Part shown: positions 52,173 through 60,805 of the stretch, piece after piece
How the letters are laid out: each line of letters begins with the position of its first letter
Position numbering within the stretch: position 1 is the first letter of the stretch
Assembly: GCA_022703155.1 (NCBI GenBank)
Contig: JAKLEH010000001.1
Location: forward strand, 16,482-80,481
DNA length: 64,000 bases
DNA from: Patescibacteria group bacterium
GTDB taxonomy: Bacteria; Patescibacteriota; Patescibacteriia; 2-12-FULL-60-25
Direction: 5' to 3'
Translations under genes and position numbers: made by a program
Notes under the pieces: generated by a model
Told to the model about the DNA's origin: nothing
Database searches by the model: none
The model's input: only the letters and a program-made list of their open reading frames with translations

Positions 52173-52949
52173 ATGATTTTTGAGCTTTCTTCAAAAAATA
52201 AAATGGTTTTGCTTATTACCTCGCTCATTGTTTTAGCGTTAGGTGTTTTTATAATTTTTTACTCCTCAATTATTTTTCAGGAAGGCAATCCTTGGCCACA
52301 AATGAAAGGGATAGCCCAATTAACTTTTGGTAATAAGGCTGTCGTAAAATTAGATATTGGAGAAAACAAATATATTACAAAAAGCGATAATCCGGAAATC
52401 ATTAAAACTTTTATGAAAGATAAGGGCTACGAATTCACGGAACAAATGGGAGCAGGCTATCTTTTTGAATCAGGCTCCGGAACAAGCGCGGTTGCCGTCC
52501 ATAGATATTACAGCCGTTATTATTCTTTATGGAGTATTGGTGAAAATTTAACCGCTAAAGACACTGCCTTGGCCGACGAATTAAGAGAATGCCTGCCCAA
52601 AAGCGATATGGCGAGTCATGAGAGATGCAAAGAACTGTTGGCTACAATTAAAAATTTTGACAATTGCGTTGAGGCGGGTTTTCCCGTTATGAAGTCTAAT
52701 CCGCCGCAATGTGCTACTCTTGATGGCCGTAATTTTACAGACGAAAGCAACGGCGACTGGAATATGGCTCTAATAGCTCTTAAAAATTGTGAAGTGGAAA
52801 GAGTATTTCAAAGTCATAGCAAATTGGTAACTCTTAGGCTTAAAAATGGCGATAAACTCACAACTTATGAGCCAAGAATTGATGATGTTATGAAAGCGGT
52901 AGAAAGTTTGAATGGTAAATGTGGCACTATTATATTGAGTACAGAATAA
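52173..52949 (+). CDS. Hypothetical protein with an N-terminal TM anchor
   Basis: 258 aa track ORF with AT-rich codon usage matching the island. Confidence 0.65.
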   Translation: MIFELSSKNKMVLLITSLIVLALGVFIIFYSSIIFQEGNPWPQMKGIAQLTFGNKAVVKLDIGENKYITKSDNPEIIKTFMKDKGYEFTEQMGAGYLFESGSGTSAVAVHRYYSRYYSLWSIGENLTAKDTALADELRECLPKSDMASHERCKELLATIKNFDNCVEAGFPVMKSNPPQCATLDGRNFTDESNGDWNMALIALKNCEVERVFQSHSKLVTLRLKNGDKLTTYEPRIDDVMKAVESLNGKCGTIILSTE

Positions 52950-52989
52950 AATGAATACTTTATAAACTTTTAATTTGTAAAGGAATATT

Positions 52990-53472
52990 ATGAAAATCAA
53001 TTCAAAATACATCAACGAGTATAAAAACATTCTCCAATCTACCGACTTGCAAAAAGGATATCAAGAATTTGTTAAATTCTTTAGAGGATTTAGGACTTAT
53101 TTAGCAGAGAATTTGCCCGAATATAAATTTACAGGGAACATTGTTGAAAATAATATGGATTATTCTTACTTTCAGTTTTCTAATGATGACTTGCAATCAA
53201 AAGGCTTAAAATTTGTTATCGCTTTTACACATAATAAATTTGAATATGAGATATGGTTATCTGGAATGAATCGCAAGATACAAATCAATTATCATGGTAA
53301 ATTAGGTAAAGCGAAACATAAATACATAATGTCTCCAGATCCAAATAGATTTGATTATATCTTAAAAGAAAAGTTATTTGATGAAGTAAATTATGATGAT
53401 TGTGAAAAACTTTTTGATACCGCAATAACCAACATTAAAGTATTCTCGGAGAAAGTAAGCAAAATGGTATAG
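52990..53472 (+). CDS. Hypothetical protein (160 aa)
   Basis: Track ORF 40 nt after the previous stop. I recognise no family. Confidence 0.6.
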   Translation: MKINSKYINEYKNILQSTDLQKGYQEFVKFFRGFRTYLAENLPEYKFTGNIVENNMDYSYFQFSNDDLQSKGLKFVIAFTHNKFEYEIWLSGMNRKIQINYHGKLGKAKHKYIMSPDPNRFDYILKEKLFDEVNYDDCEKLFDTAITNIKVFSEKVSKMV

Positions 53473-53508
53473 TTTTTGTATAAGTGAATTTTTGAAAACT
53501 GAAAGAGA

Positions 53509-53583
53509 GGTTCGCCCCTCGGCTCGGAGCTCACCCAAACTGTTCCCTACGGTCGCAGCTTCTCATATCCGCAAACGTCAGGC
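53509..53583 (+). repeat. Degenerate attC-like remnant (right half retained)
   Basis: GGTTCGCCCCTCGGCTCGGAGCTCACCC...CTCATATCCGC-aaac-GTCAGGC matches the centre and right arm of sites 1 and 3. The left R''/L'' arm is missing. Confidence 0.4.
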
Positions 53584-53710
53584 GACATATCTCCAAGTCC
53601 TTTTTTTAAAATAAGGAACGAGTGAAAAATTTTATTAATTTTAATGAGGGGAAAATAAGGAGTTTTCTCCGCTATCGCTACGAAAACAATTTATATATAA
53701 TTAGAGTATT

Positions 53711-54430
53711 ATGAAAAATCTCAAGAAATATGCAAAAGCCATTATTTTACTAACAGTTATTATTTTGTTAGTCTGCTTTTCATTTTATAAGATCAGTAAA
53801 TCAAGAAGTTCTCAATTTTTTGGTGGTCTTACAAGTCATGTAAACACGGAAGAAAAAATAATTGCCCTGACATTTGATGACGCTCCTACTGAATATACAA
53901 ATGAAATCTTAGAAATTCTTGATGATAAAAACGTTAAGGCAACATTTTTTGTCGTTGGGAAAAATTTCGAAAAATATCCCCTTGAAGGAGAGGCAATAAT
54001 TGAAAATGGGCATGAAATTGGGAATCATTCGTATTCACATCAACGTTGTATATTTAAATCACAAACATTTATTGAATCAGAGATTGAAAAAACAAATACG
54101 CTTATTCATGACCATGGCTATAAGGGAGAAATCACATTTCGCCCTCCAAATGGGAAAAAATTATTCGGTTTGCCCTATTATCTGAATAAAAATAATATCA
54201 AGACTATCATGTGGGATGTTGAACCCGATACATATGTTTCAGGTGATGCCGATGCTATTGTAAAATATACAGTAGAGAATACAAAACCCGGATCAATAAT
54301 TCTACTTCATCCGCTTAATGGCACGGCGGGTGAAGCAGACAGAGAAGCATTACCTAAAATAATTGACGAACTAAAAGCAGGCGGATATTCCTTTGTTACA
54401 GTATCTCAATTATTAAAATACGAAAACTAA
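53711..54430 (+). CDS. Polysaccharide deacetylase (CE4/NodB domain) with an N-terminal TM anchor
   Basis: NodB motifs IALTFDDAPT, HEIGNHSYSH and ILLHP. Confidence 0.85.
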   Translation: MKNLKKYAKAIILLTVIILLVCFSFYKISKSRSSQFFGGLTSHVNTEEKIIALTFDDAPTEYTNEILEILDDKNVKATFFVVGKNFEKYPLEGEAIIENGHEIGNHSYSHQRCIFKSQTFIESEIEKTNTLIHDHGYKGEITFRPPNGKKLFGLPYYLNKNNIKTIMWDVEPDTYVSGDADAIVKYTVENTKPGSIILLHPLNGTAGEADREALPKIIDELKAGGYSFVTVSQLLKYEN

Positions 54431-54486
54431 ATTAATTACGTTAAAGACACGTTGCACTCTCACTTCGCTATCGCTCCGTTCGGCTC

Positions 54487-54584
54487 GCCTAACACAGTAT
54501 ATGCGGTTCGCTCGTCGCACTTCGCTTTCCCATATTTTGCTCCACTACGCTCCGCAAAACATCGCATATACTGGAACGTTATCT
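54487..54584 (+). repeat. attC-like site 3 (98 nt)
   Basis: GCCTAAC-a-CAGTATATGCG...CGCATATACTG-gaac-GTTATCT; homologous to sites 1 and 5. Confidence 0.55.
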
Positions 54585-54658
54585 GAAATAATTAAAAGTT
54601 TTTTCGCCTTCGGCGGAATTATTTGGGGCTATTTTTATTTAAATTATGAAAATTAATT

Positions 54659-55213
54659 TTGTACGCCTGGGAAAAAGATGGTCTGGCTGCTTTTACTCAA
54701 GCAAAGGATTGGATTGATATAAAAATTAATTATCAGCAATTTTTTTATAAAGGAAAGATAGATAAAAATTTACTTGATCAGTTGGTTTATATTATTTATC
54801 ATGAGATGCACCATGCCTGTCGGGGATATGCTGGAATTTTGCCAAAAAATAAAGAACATATTTTGATTAATTCTGTTATTTCCGAGGGGCTAGCGGATTA
54901 TTTTGCATTAGAACAATATCACAGTAAATTTTTAACTGAGACAAAAAGTTTTGATTTTTCAGAAATTAGTCAATGGATTAACAAGTTTGGCAAGGTTATG
55001 TGGAATAAAGAAAGCGCTGATGATTCTTGGTTGTACGGAGGGCGGGAAAAACCAAAAATGCTTGGATACAAAATTGGCAGATATATAGTTCAACAGATTG
55101 AAGAGAAAAATCCAAAATTCAACCCCGTTAATTTAGTTAAATCAACCCCTGAAAAAATTCTTGAACTAAGCGAGGTTAATTTTTTTAATTTAAATAAAAA
55201 TAGCCCCAAATAA
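54659..55213 (+). CDS. DUF2268-like putative Zn-metallopeptidase (HExxH), possibly 5'-truncated
   Basis: 184 aa with a TTG start in the track and an IIYHEMHHACRG motif. The family call is from memory. Confidence 0.55.
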   Translation: MYAWEKDGLAAFTQAKDWIDIKINYQQFFYKGKIDKNLLDQLVYIIYHEMHHACRGYAGILPKNKEHILINSVISEGLADYFALEQYHSKFLTETKSFDFSEISQWINKFGKVMWNKESADDSWLYGGREKPKMLGYKIGRYIVQQIEEKNPKFNPVNLVKSTPEKILELSEVNFFNLNKNSPK

Positions 55214-55255
55214 TCCGTTTTGCCTAATCGGTAAAACAAAACTTTTAATTACATC

Positions 55256-55332
55256 CGATAACACGGCATATCTGCAAAGGCTAAAGCCACATCCGCCCAG
55301 GGCGGACGTCAGATAATGCCGATACGTTAAGT
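55256..55332 (+). repeat. attC-like site 4 (77 nt, divergent sequence)
   Basis: CGATAAC-a-CGGCATATCTG...CAGATaATGCCG-atac-GTTAAGT. There is one extra unpaired A in the right arm, and the right end fits GTTRRRY. Confidence 0.45.
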
Positions 55333-55389
55333 GCAAATTGAATTTTGGTTTATACTCTAATCAAATATTTACTTAATAACAAAAAGTAT

Positions 55390-55779
55390 ATGAAAGTTTT
55401 TGCACAATTTGTTTCAAGTCTTGTGGGCGGTATATTACTAGGAATCCTTGGCCTGATAGTCGGTGCTACAATAGGCGGCAATTTTGGCTTCCCTGAATTT
55501 GGCGGTAATGCTGGCTATGAAGCAGGTGGCGTATTTTTTGCAATCGTCGGAATATCTGCAGGCAGCCTTCTTGGCATTATGACTGCTAAAAAACTACAAA
55601 AAGAAACTCAAAAATATCTGACCGCCTCAATTGCCGCCACGGTCGTCATGGTTGTCATTGGAGTAATTCTCTTTGATTACAATATGCCGCCGGCAATTGG
55701 TCTCACGATACTTCTTATGCCACCGGTCGTGCTAACACTAATCACAAATTGGCAAAAATTATCCCAAGCCAAAAATTGA
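55390..55779 (+). CDS. Small hypothetical membrane protein
   Basis: MKVFAQFVSSLVGGILLGILGLIVGATIGG... with 4 TM-like segments. ATG 55390 is preferred over the track TTG at 55345. Confidence 0.6.
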   Translation: MKVFAQFVSSLVGGILLGILGLIVGATIGGNFGFPEFGGNAGYEAGGVFFAIVGISAGSLLGIMTAKKLQKETQKYLTASIAATVVMVVIGVILFDYNMPPAIGLTILLMPPVVLTLITNWQKLSQAKN

Positions 55780-55803
55780 TGGTTCTAACCAAAATTCAAC
55801 ATC

Positions 55804-55925
55804 ACTTAACACAGAATATGCGGTTTCGCTCGGTTGCGTCTCGCTACACCCATATTTGGCACTGGTGAGTCGCCTTGCTCCAAATTATACCAGTGCCAAA
55901 CATCGCATATTCTGGAAAGTTATAC
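55804..55925 (+). repeat. attC-like site 5 (122 nt), right end of the AT-rich island
   Basis: ACTTAAC-a-CAGAATATGCG...CGCATATTCTG-gaaa-GTTATAC; homologous to sites 1 and 3. Confidence 0.55.
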
Positions 55926-56045
55926 GATGTTCTAAACGAAAAAAATATTTGAATACGTTTAGTTTTGGCTTCTCCATTTTTTATTGAAAAAACGCGCCTT
56001 CCGAGGAATCTCGAACGACGCGTGATAAGCGAAGCGGGAGTGCCC

Positions 56046-56258
56046 TTACTCCACCTTGATGATCGGCATGGAATCGGGCATGCACGAGAGGATGCCATCC
56101 TTCTGACGCATCGCGTTGTCGCGACCGGCGCCTTCAATCTTCTGGAAGATGTAGTGCGGACCCTTGAAGCCGCCGTGTCCGCCGTCGTCTCCCGGCTGCG
56201 GCAAACCGATGAACCGATCCCCGGCATTCAGTTCCCCGAACGTGAGATATGCGCTCAT
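56046..56258 (-). CDS. Small hypothetical protein (70 aa), stand-alone transcription unit
   Basis: Strong SD (AGGAGG, 5-nt spacer), its own TTGACA-17-TAGGGT promoter and a downstream hairpin plus U6 terminator (~55985-56020). Confidence 0.6.
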   Translation of the reverse strand: MSAYLTFGELNAGDRFIGLPQPGDDGGHGGFKGPHYIFQKIEGAGRDNAMRQKDGILSCMPDSMPIIKVE

Positions 56259-56291
56259 GTCGGAACCTCCTATGGTGATTTGCGTCTTGCG

Positions 56292-56320
56292 ACCCTAATC
56301 GATCGCGAACCGTCTGTCAA
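56292..56320 (-). promoter_or_regulatory. Promoter of the 70-aa ORF (TTGACA-17-TAGGGT)
   Basis: Minus strand: TTGACA is the reverse complement of 56315-56320 and TAGGGT is the reverse complement of 56292-56297, with a 17-nt spacer. Confidence 0.45.
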
Positions 56321-56341
56321 GAATTGAAAGAAGTAAAATAT

Positions 56342-56365
56342 AAAAAAGAGGCTAGGCCTCTTTTT
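56342..56365. terminator. Terminator downstream of trxB
   Basis: AAAAAAGAGGC-tag-GCCTCTTTTT, about 20 nt after the trxB stop. Confidence 0.6.
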
Positions 56366-56383
56366 CGATTCTCGTCTTTTGGT

Positions 56384-57331
56384 TTACGCCTTGCTTTCCA
56401 AATACTTCTTCGCGTCCAGTGCGGCCATGCAACCGGTTCCCGCTGACGTGATGGCTTGGCGGTACACGCGGTCGGCCACGTCGCCGGCGGCGAATATGCC
56501 TTCCACGTTGGTTTTGGTGCCTTGCGCTTTGATGTAACCTTCCTCGTCACATTCGATGAGATCGCGGAACGGCTCCGTATTGGGCCGGTGTCCGATGGCG
56601 ATGAACGCGCCTTCGACCGCGATTTCCGTGGACTCCCCGGTGACGTTGTTCTTGGCGCGGATGCCGGAGAGCTTTTGGTCGCCCAAGAATTCGTCCACTT
56701 CGGTGCTGAACATGAACGTGATTTTGGGGTTGTTCTTGGCGCGTTCGAACATGGCGCGGCTGGCGCGCACCCCACTCTCCGGCTTGCGGACCAGAACGGT
56801 CACGGATTCGGCGAATTTGGACATGGTCTCCGCGTCTTCCATAGCCACGTCCCCCGCGCCGATGACCGCCACCTTCTTGCCGCGGAAAAAGAAACCGTCG
56901 CACGTGGCGCAACCCGAGATGCCGCGGCCTTTCAGCTTCTGCTCCGACGGGATGCCCAGCCACTTGGCCACCGCGCCCGTGGCGACGATGACCGCGCGCG
57001 CTTGGCCCGGTTGGCTGTCCGATTCCAACGCAAAGCCGTTTTCGTTCTTCACGATTTTGGTCACGGATCCGCTGATCAGTTTCGCCCCCAGTCTTTCGGC
57101 TTGCTTCTTGCTCCTTTCCATCAGTTCCGGCCCGAGGATGCCCTCCGGGAAACCGATGAAATTCTCGACCTCGTTGGTCGTGGTCAGTTGGCCGCCCGGC
57201 TCCGGACCCATCCAAAGGGCCACGGAAAAACCGGCGCGCACGGCATAAACCGCGGCGCTATATCCGGCCGGACCCGCGCCGATAACGGCGATGTCGCACT
57301 TGATCGTTTCGTTTGGCATAGCGCTCATCAT
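56384..57331 (-). CDS. trxB: Thioredoxin-disulfide reductase
   Basis: FAD motif GAGPAGYSAAVYA, redox-active CATCDG and NADPH motif VIGAGDVAMEDA. Confidence 0.95.
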   Translation of the reverse strand: MMSAMPNETIKCDIAVIGAGPAGYSAAVYAVRAGFSVALWMGPEPGGQLTTTNEVENFIGFPEGILGPELMERSKKQAERLGAKLISGSVTKIVKNENGFALESDSQPGQARAVIVATGAVAKWLGIPSEQKLKGRGISGCATCDGFFFRGKKVAVIGAGDVAMEDAETMSKFAESVTVLVRKPESGVRASRAMFERAKNNPKITFMFSTEVDEFLGDQKLSGIRAKNNVTGESTEIAVEGAFIAIGHRPNTEPFRDLIECDEEGYIKAQGTKTNVEGIFAAGDVADRVYRQAITSAGTGCMAALDAKKYLESKA

Positions 57332-57632
57332 GCTATGCCTGTGTCAGCCGCTTGGCAACCCTTTCGTTAACAACATTCGTCATTCCTGCGAAAGCAGGAA
57401 TCCAGAAAAACCGCCTTGACCTTTTTGTGATACGGCCTTGACACAAAACCATTGACCGCCCCTGAACCAGCGTACGCAAACGCGATATAATATTGGGGAA
57501 GGTTGCTTGTACTACAAGCATGGAGGTAGCCTTCCCAATTCATACCCGCTCACGTAAAAACGCCCAGTGCGAGGTGCTTTTTGAGGCCGCACCAAAGACT
57601 GAGGTCGCTATGCGGAGACCAGTAAAATCTGG

Positions 57633-57893
57633 ATGATTTGGATAAAAACTATGGCTGGCCCAGAATTTATGCAACAACCAAAATGGCACGTAACACCACA
57701 TGGTGAGGAATGGAAAGTGCAGCGCAGTGGTTCAGAACGCGCTACCGCGATTGTTGAGACCAAGAAAGAGGCTATCGAAATTGGCCGTGAGACTGCTAAA
57801 AACGGCCAAGGTCAGTTAATTGTTCACGGTAAAGACGGCATCATACAATTGGAATGGACATACGGTCCCGACCCTAGGGACATTAAAGGCTAG
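57633..57893 (+). CDS. DUF2188-like small protein
   Basis: WHVTPHGEEWKVQRSGSERATAIVETKKEAIEIGRETAKNGQGQLIVHGKDGIIQLEWTYGPDPRDIKG matches my memory of the DUF2188 pattern. The start is probably ATG 57651. Confidence 0.7.
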   Translation: MIWIKTMAGPEFMQQPKWHVTPHGEEWKVQRSGSERATAIVETKKEAIEIGRETAKNGQGQLIVHGKDGIIQLEWTYGPDPRDIKG

Positions 57894-57913
57894 TTTTAAG
57901 TAAAGGCCTCGAC

Positions 57914-57943
57914 AAAAAACCACCAAAAACAAGGTGGTTTTTT
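57914..57943. terminator. Bidirectional terminator between the DUF2188 gene and the RM gene
   Basis: AAAAAACCACC-aaaaacaa-GGTGGTTTTTT. Confidence 0.7.
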
Positions 57944-57976
57944 GTAAAGCTATTTGGGATACACCACCTAATTAAC

Positions 57977-60763
57977 TTACGCCATTCGTTTCAGTGGTCG
58001 ACTATTTTCTTTATTCTGCTCGCGATGCGATGCTTCCACCAACTCCATATACACCCCAAACAAAAACTCCAGCCTCTGCGTTTCATTTTCGAATTTCTTG
58101 GTGCCGTAGCAACGGTCAACGACCTTATCCAATGTCTGATGCGCCTTCACCAAATCCGGTGGCATGGAATTCGGGTCATACAAATCCGCGAGCGTGGCGC
58201 CTTGATGTTTGGCGCGCGTATCCAATACGCCTTGTGCCGCAACCTCAACGGCTTTGACCCTTTCCGCGCTCGGACTTTGTGGCCATGGGAAATTATTGTA
58301 AACGATATCTTTTGAATAGCGGTAGCGACTCTCTAAACGACCACAGACTTGTCGCACCCAAGCCATGTGCATTTCAGAGGTCAAGATGCCGAAATGATAC
58401 ATGGTAGCATCCGGAACAATGTGCACCGAATCGCTCGACAGAGTGTCTTTACCGATAAAGCCAATCGGGATGAACCTTCTGCGCTCCGAAGATACGCGCG
58501 GCACAAGCAAATATTCATGCTCGGGGATATTCTCCACGTGAAATCTCGTGGGTGTTTCGGCTAATTTTTGCGTGGGCCTGCTTTTACTTGCCAACCTGAA
58601 TTTTTTTACCGCTTCGACGCGCTTCATGGCCTCCGGCATTTTGCGCAATTGTTCGGGCGGGCAATCACCGAGCCACAAACACCAACGCTCATATCCGTTG
58701 ATGAATTCGTCCGATCCTAGCCAGCGGCGGAAATACGGTTTGGCTTGCGGCTCCTTTTTTAAAAATTCGGCTTTTTCTTCTGGGGTGAACAGATAGCTCC
58801 CGTCATCAATCGGCTTGTTGCCGATGCCGATTAACGGTACGTCGCACAACGGTTTGCTTCTTGATTCAATAAGCACGCTCGGCGCGTCCACCAAATACGG
58901 ATTGATGTTCTGCGCAGTCAGTTTGTGCGGCTCGCCGCGTACGTCCTCGTATTCAAAAATATATTTCTTGGCGCTGTCCAGCAAGGCGAAACCTATAATC
59001 ACGCAAAAAACTGCCGCACGGCCCGGGGCTTCGTTGGTCCACTTGAAGGTTCGGTGCGCGAATTGGATACGGATGCCGTAGTTCTCCAGCAGGGGTTTCC
59101 AAAGAATCCCGACCTGTTCGCCCTGGGTGATGGAATTTGTGGAAACAAATGCCACGCGAACAACCGTTCCTTGTATATATTCCGCGGCTTTGATGTACCA
59201 GCCTGTCACGTAATCCAATACGCCTGCTCCGTGTATGTCTTTAAACAAACCAGCGAGTTCGACTCGTTGTTCGTCGGACATGATTTTTGAACCGACAAAC
59301 GGTGGATTGCCCAAAATGTAACTCACCCTGTCTTTGGTTATCACGTCGTTCCAATCCAATTTGAGCGCGTTATCGATATGGATGTTGGGATGGGCCTTGA
59401 GCGGCAAACGAACAAAATTCTCGCCAAACTCGGCGCTCAATTCCATGTTCATTTGGTGGTCCGTGAGCCACAAAGCCAACTCGGCCACGCGCGCCGGGAA
59501 TTCTTCGATTTCTATGCCGTACATCTGGTCCACGTTGACCTGCGAGAAGGTGCCGAACTGCAAAACCGTGGCTTGACGCTGGTTGGTGTCGACCACGATC
59601 TTCATGCGCTTCAAAGCCTCAAGTTCCAAACGGCGCAGCTCCCGGTAAGTCACGACCAAAAAGTTTCCGCACCCGCAGGCCGGGTCCAAAAACTTCAAAT
59701 CGGCTAGTTTTTGCTTGAACTCCGCAAGCTTCTTTTTGTTGTTGCCCGCGGCTTCCAATTCGGCCTTCAAATCATCCAAAAACAACGAATTGATGACTTT
59801 CAAAATGTTGGTTTCCGAGGTGTAGTGCGCACCCAAATCGTGCCGTGCCTTTTCGTCCATTACCGACTGGAACATGGAACCGAAGATGACCGGCGAAACC
59901 TTGCCCCAATCGAACGCCGAACATTCGAGCAGGGTTTGGCGCATGGCCGAATCGAAAGCCGGGAATTCCAAAGTCTCATGGAACAGGTGGCCGTCGATGA
60001 ACGGCAATTTGGCCAAATCCTCGTCCAAGGTCTTTTGGCGCTGGTCCGGCGGCGTGTTGAGCACTTGGAATATCTGCGACAGCACCAAACCAGTGTCCGT
60101 ACCGTCTTCATTCGTGCGGTTGGTGATGTAAGATTCGAATGATTCCAATTCGTCGAAAATGCCCGTATCGTCGGCGAAAAAACAATACACCAAGCGCGTC
60201 AGCAAAACTTCCAGCTTATGGCCCGCATAACCCACCCTTTTCAAGGCGTCATGCAGCTTGGCTATGGCCTTGACGGCCTTTTGGTTGACCGGATCCTCGG
60301 GTTTAACCTCCACGGTCTGGTAGCCCATCAAGAATCCGAAAAGTCTGACGTGCTTGGGGAGGTCCTTAAGTTCGAACTCATACTTTTTTACTTCTTGAGG
60401 ATTCTCCAAAACGTAAACGTGGAAATGCGCAAAATCCGAGACCACGATGTGCGTTGGCGCGACTTTTTCCGGCAAACCCATGGCATACTCGACGGCTTGC
60501 TGGTAGGCGTCTTCCAGATTCTTACCCGCGGATTTATGTTCGACTATCAACTTACCCGGATACAGCAAATCGATACTGCCGTTTTCGCCCTCATATTTTT
60601 TGACGCTTTCCTCAAAAGTCGCGACCCGTTTGCGGCTAATGCCGAAAATCTCAAAAAACTCGTTCCAAAAGGTCTGTTTTTCACTGGCTTCTTTTTTGGC
60701 GCCAGCCCAATCTTTGGAAAAAACCAAAGCCCTATTCTTAGCCTCGTTCCAGCTTATTGGCAT
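57977..60763 (-). CDS. MmeI-family (Type IIL/IIG) single-chain restriction-modification enzyme
   Basis: 928 aa. N-terminal nuclease-like D...EHK (GSIDLLYPGKLIVEHKSAGKNLEDAYQQAVEY), SAM motif I FLDPACGCGNFLV, N6-adenine motif IV NPPFVG and a long C-terminal target-recognition region. Confidence 0.85.
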   Translation of the reverse strand: MPISWNEAKNRALVFSKDWAGAKKEASEKQTFWNEFFEIFGISRKRVATFEESVKKYEGENGSIDLLYPGKLIVEHKSAGKNLEDAYQQAVEYAMGLPEKVAPTHIVVSDFAHFHVYVLENPQEVKKYEFELKDLPKHVRLFGFLMGYQTVEVKPEDPVNQKAVKAIAKLHDALKRVGYAGHKLEVLLTRLVYCFFADDTGIFDELESFESYITNRTNEDGTDTGLVLSQIFQVLNTPPDQRQKTLDEDLAKLPFIDGHLFHETLEFPAFDSAMRQTLLECSAFDWGKVSPVIFGSMFQSVMDEKARHDLGAHYTSETNILKVINSLFLDDLKAELEAAGNNKKKLAEFKQKLADLKFLDPACGCGNFLVVTYRELRRLELEALKRMKIVVDTNQRQATVLQFGTFSQVNVDQMYGIEIEEFPARVAELALWLTDHQMNMELSAEFGENFVRLPLKAHPNIHIDNALKLDWNDVITKDRVSYILGNPPFVGSKIMSDEQRVELAGLFKDIHGAGVLDYVTGWYIKAAEYIQGTVVRVAFVSTNSITQGEQVGILWKPLLENYGIRIQFAHRTFKWTNEAPGRAAVFCVIIGFALLDSAKKYIFEYEDVRGEPHKLTAQNINPYLVDAPSVLIESRSKPLCDVPLIGIGNKPIDDGSYLFTPEEKAEFLKKEPQAKPYFRRWLGSDEFINGYERWCLWLGDCPPEQLRKMPEAMKRVEAVKKFRLASKSRPTQKLAETPTRFHVENIPEHEYLLVPRVSSERRRFIPIGFIGKDTLSSDSVHIVPDATMYHFGILTSEMHMAWVRQVCGRLESRYRYSKDIVYNNFPWPQSPSAERVKAVEVAAQGVLDTRAKHQGATLADLYDPNSMPPDLVKAHQTLDKVVDRCYGTKKFENETQRLEFLFGVYMELVEASHREQNKENSRPLKRMA

Positions 60764-60805
60764 ATTGTACCTATTCTAAAACAAGAACCGGCTGGGGTCT
60801 AACCC

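Larger units (their letters stand above)
50394..55925 (+). mobile_element. Integron-like gene-cassette array without an integrase in the window (CALIN-like), AT-rich island
   Basis: There is an abrupt drop in GC. Seven co-oriented ORFs are separated by a family of imperfect inverted repeats with RYYYAAC...GTTRRRY-type ends and variable centres (77-122 nt). The left boundary carries a lone GTTAGGC (50394-50400). Confidence 0.55.

Noticed and set aside
51317-53687. GTTTTC...GAAAAC 25-nt sites look like CRISPR repeats
   Set aside because: There are only three copies. They are not identical and are ~780 and ~1560 nt apart, with full-length genes between them. No cas genes are present.
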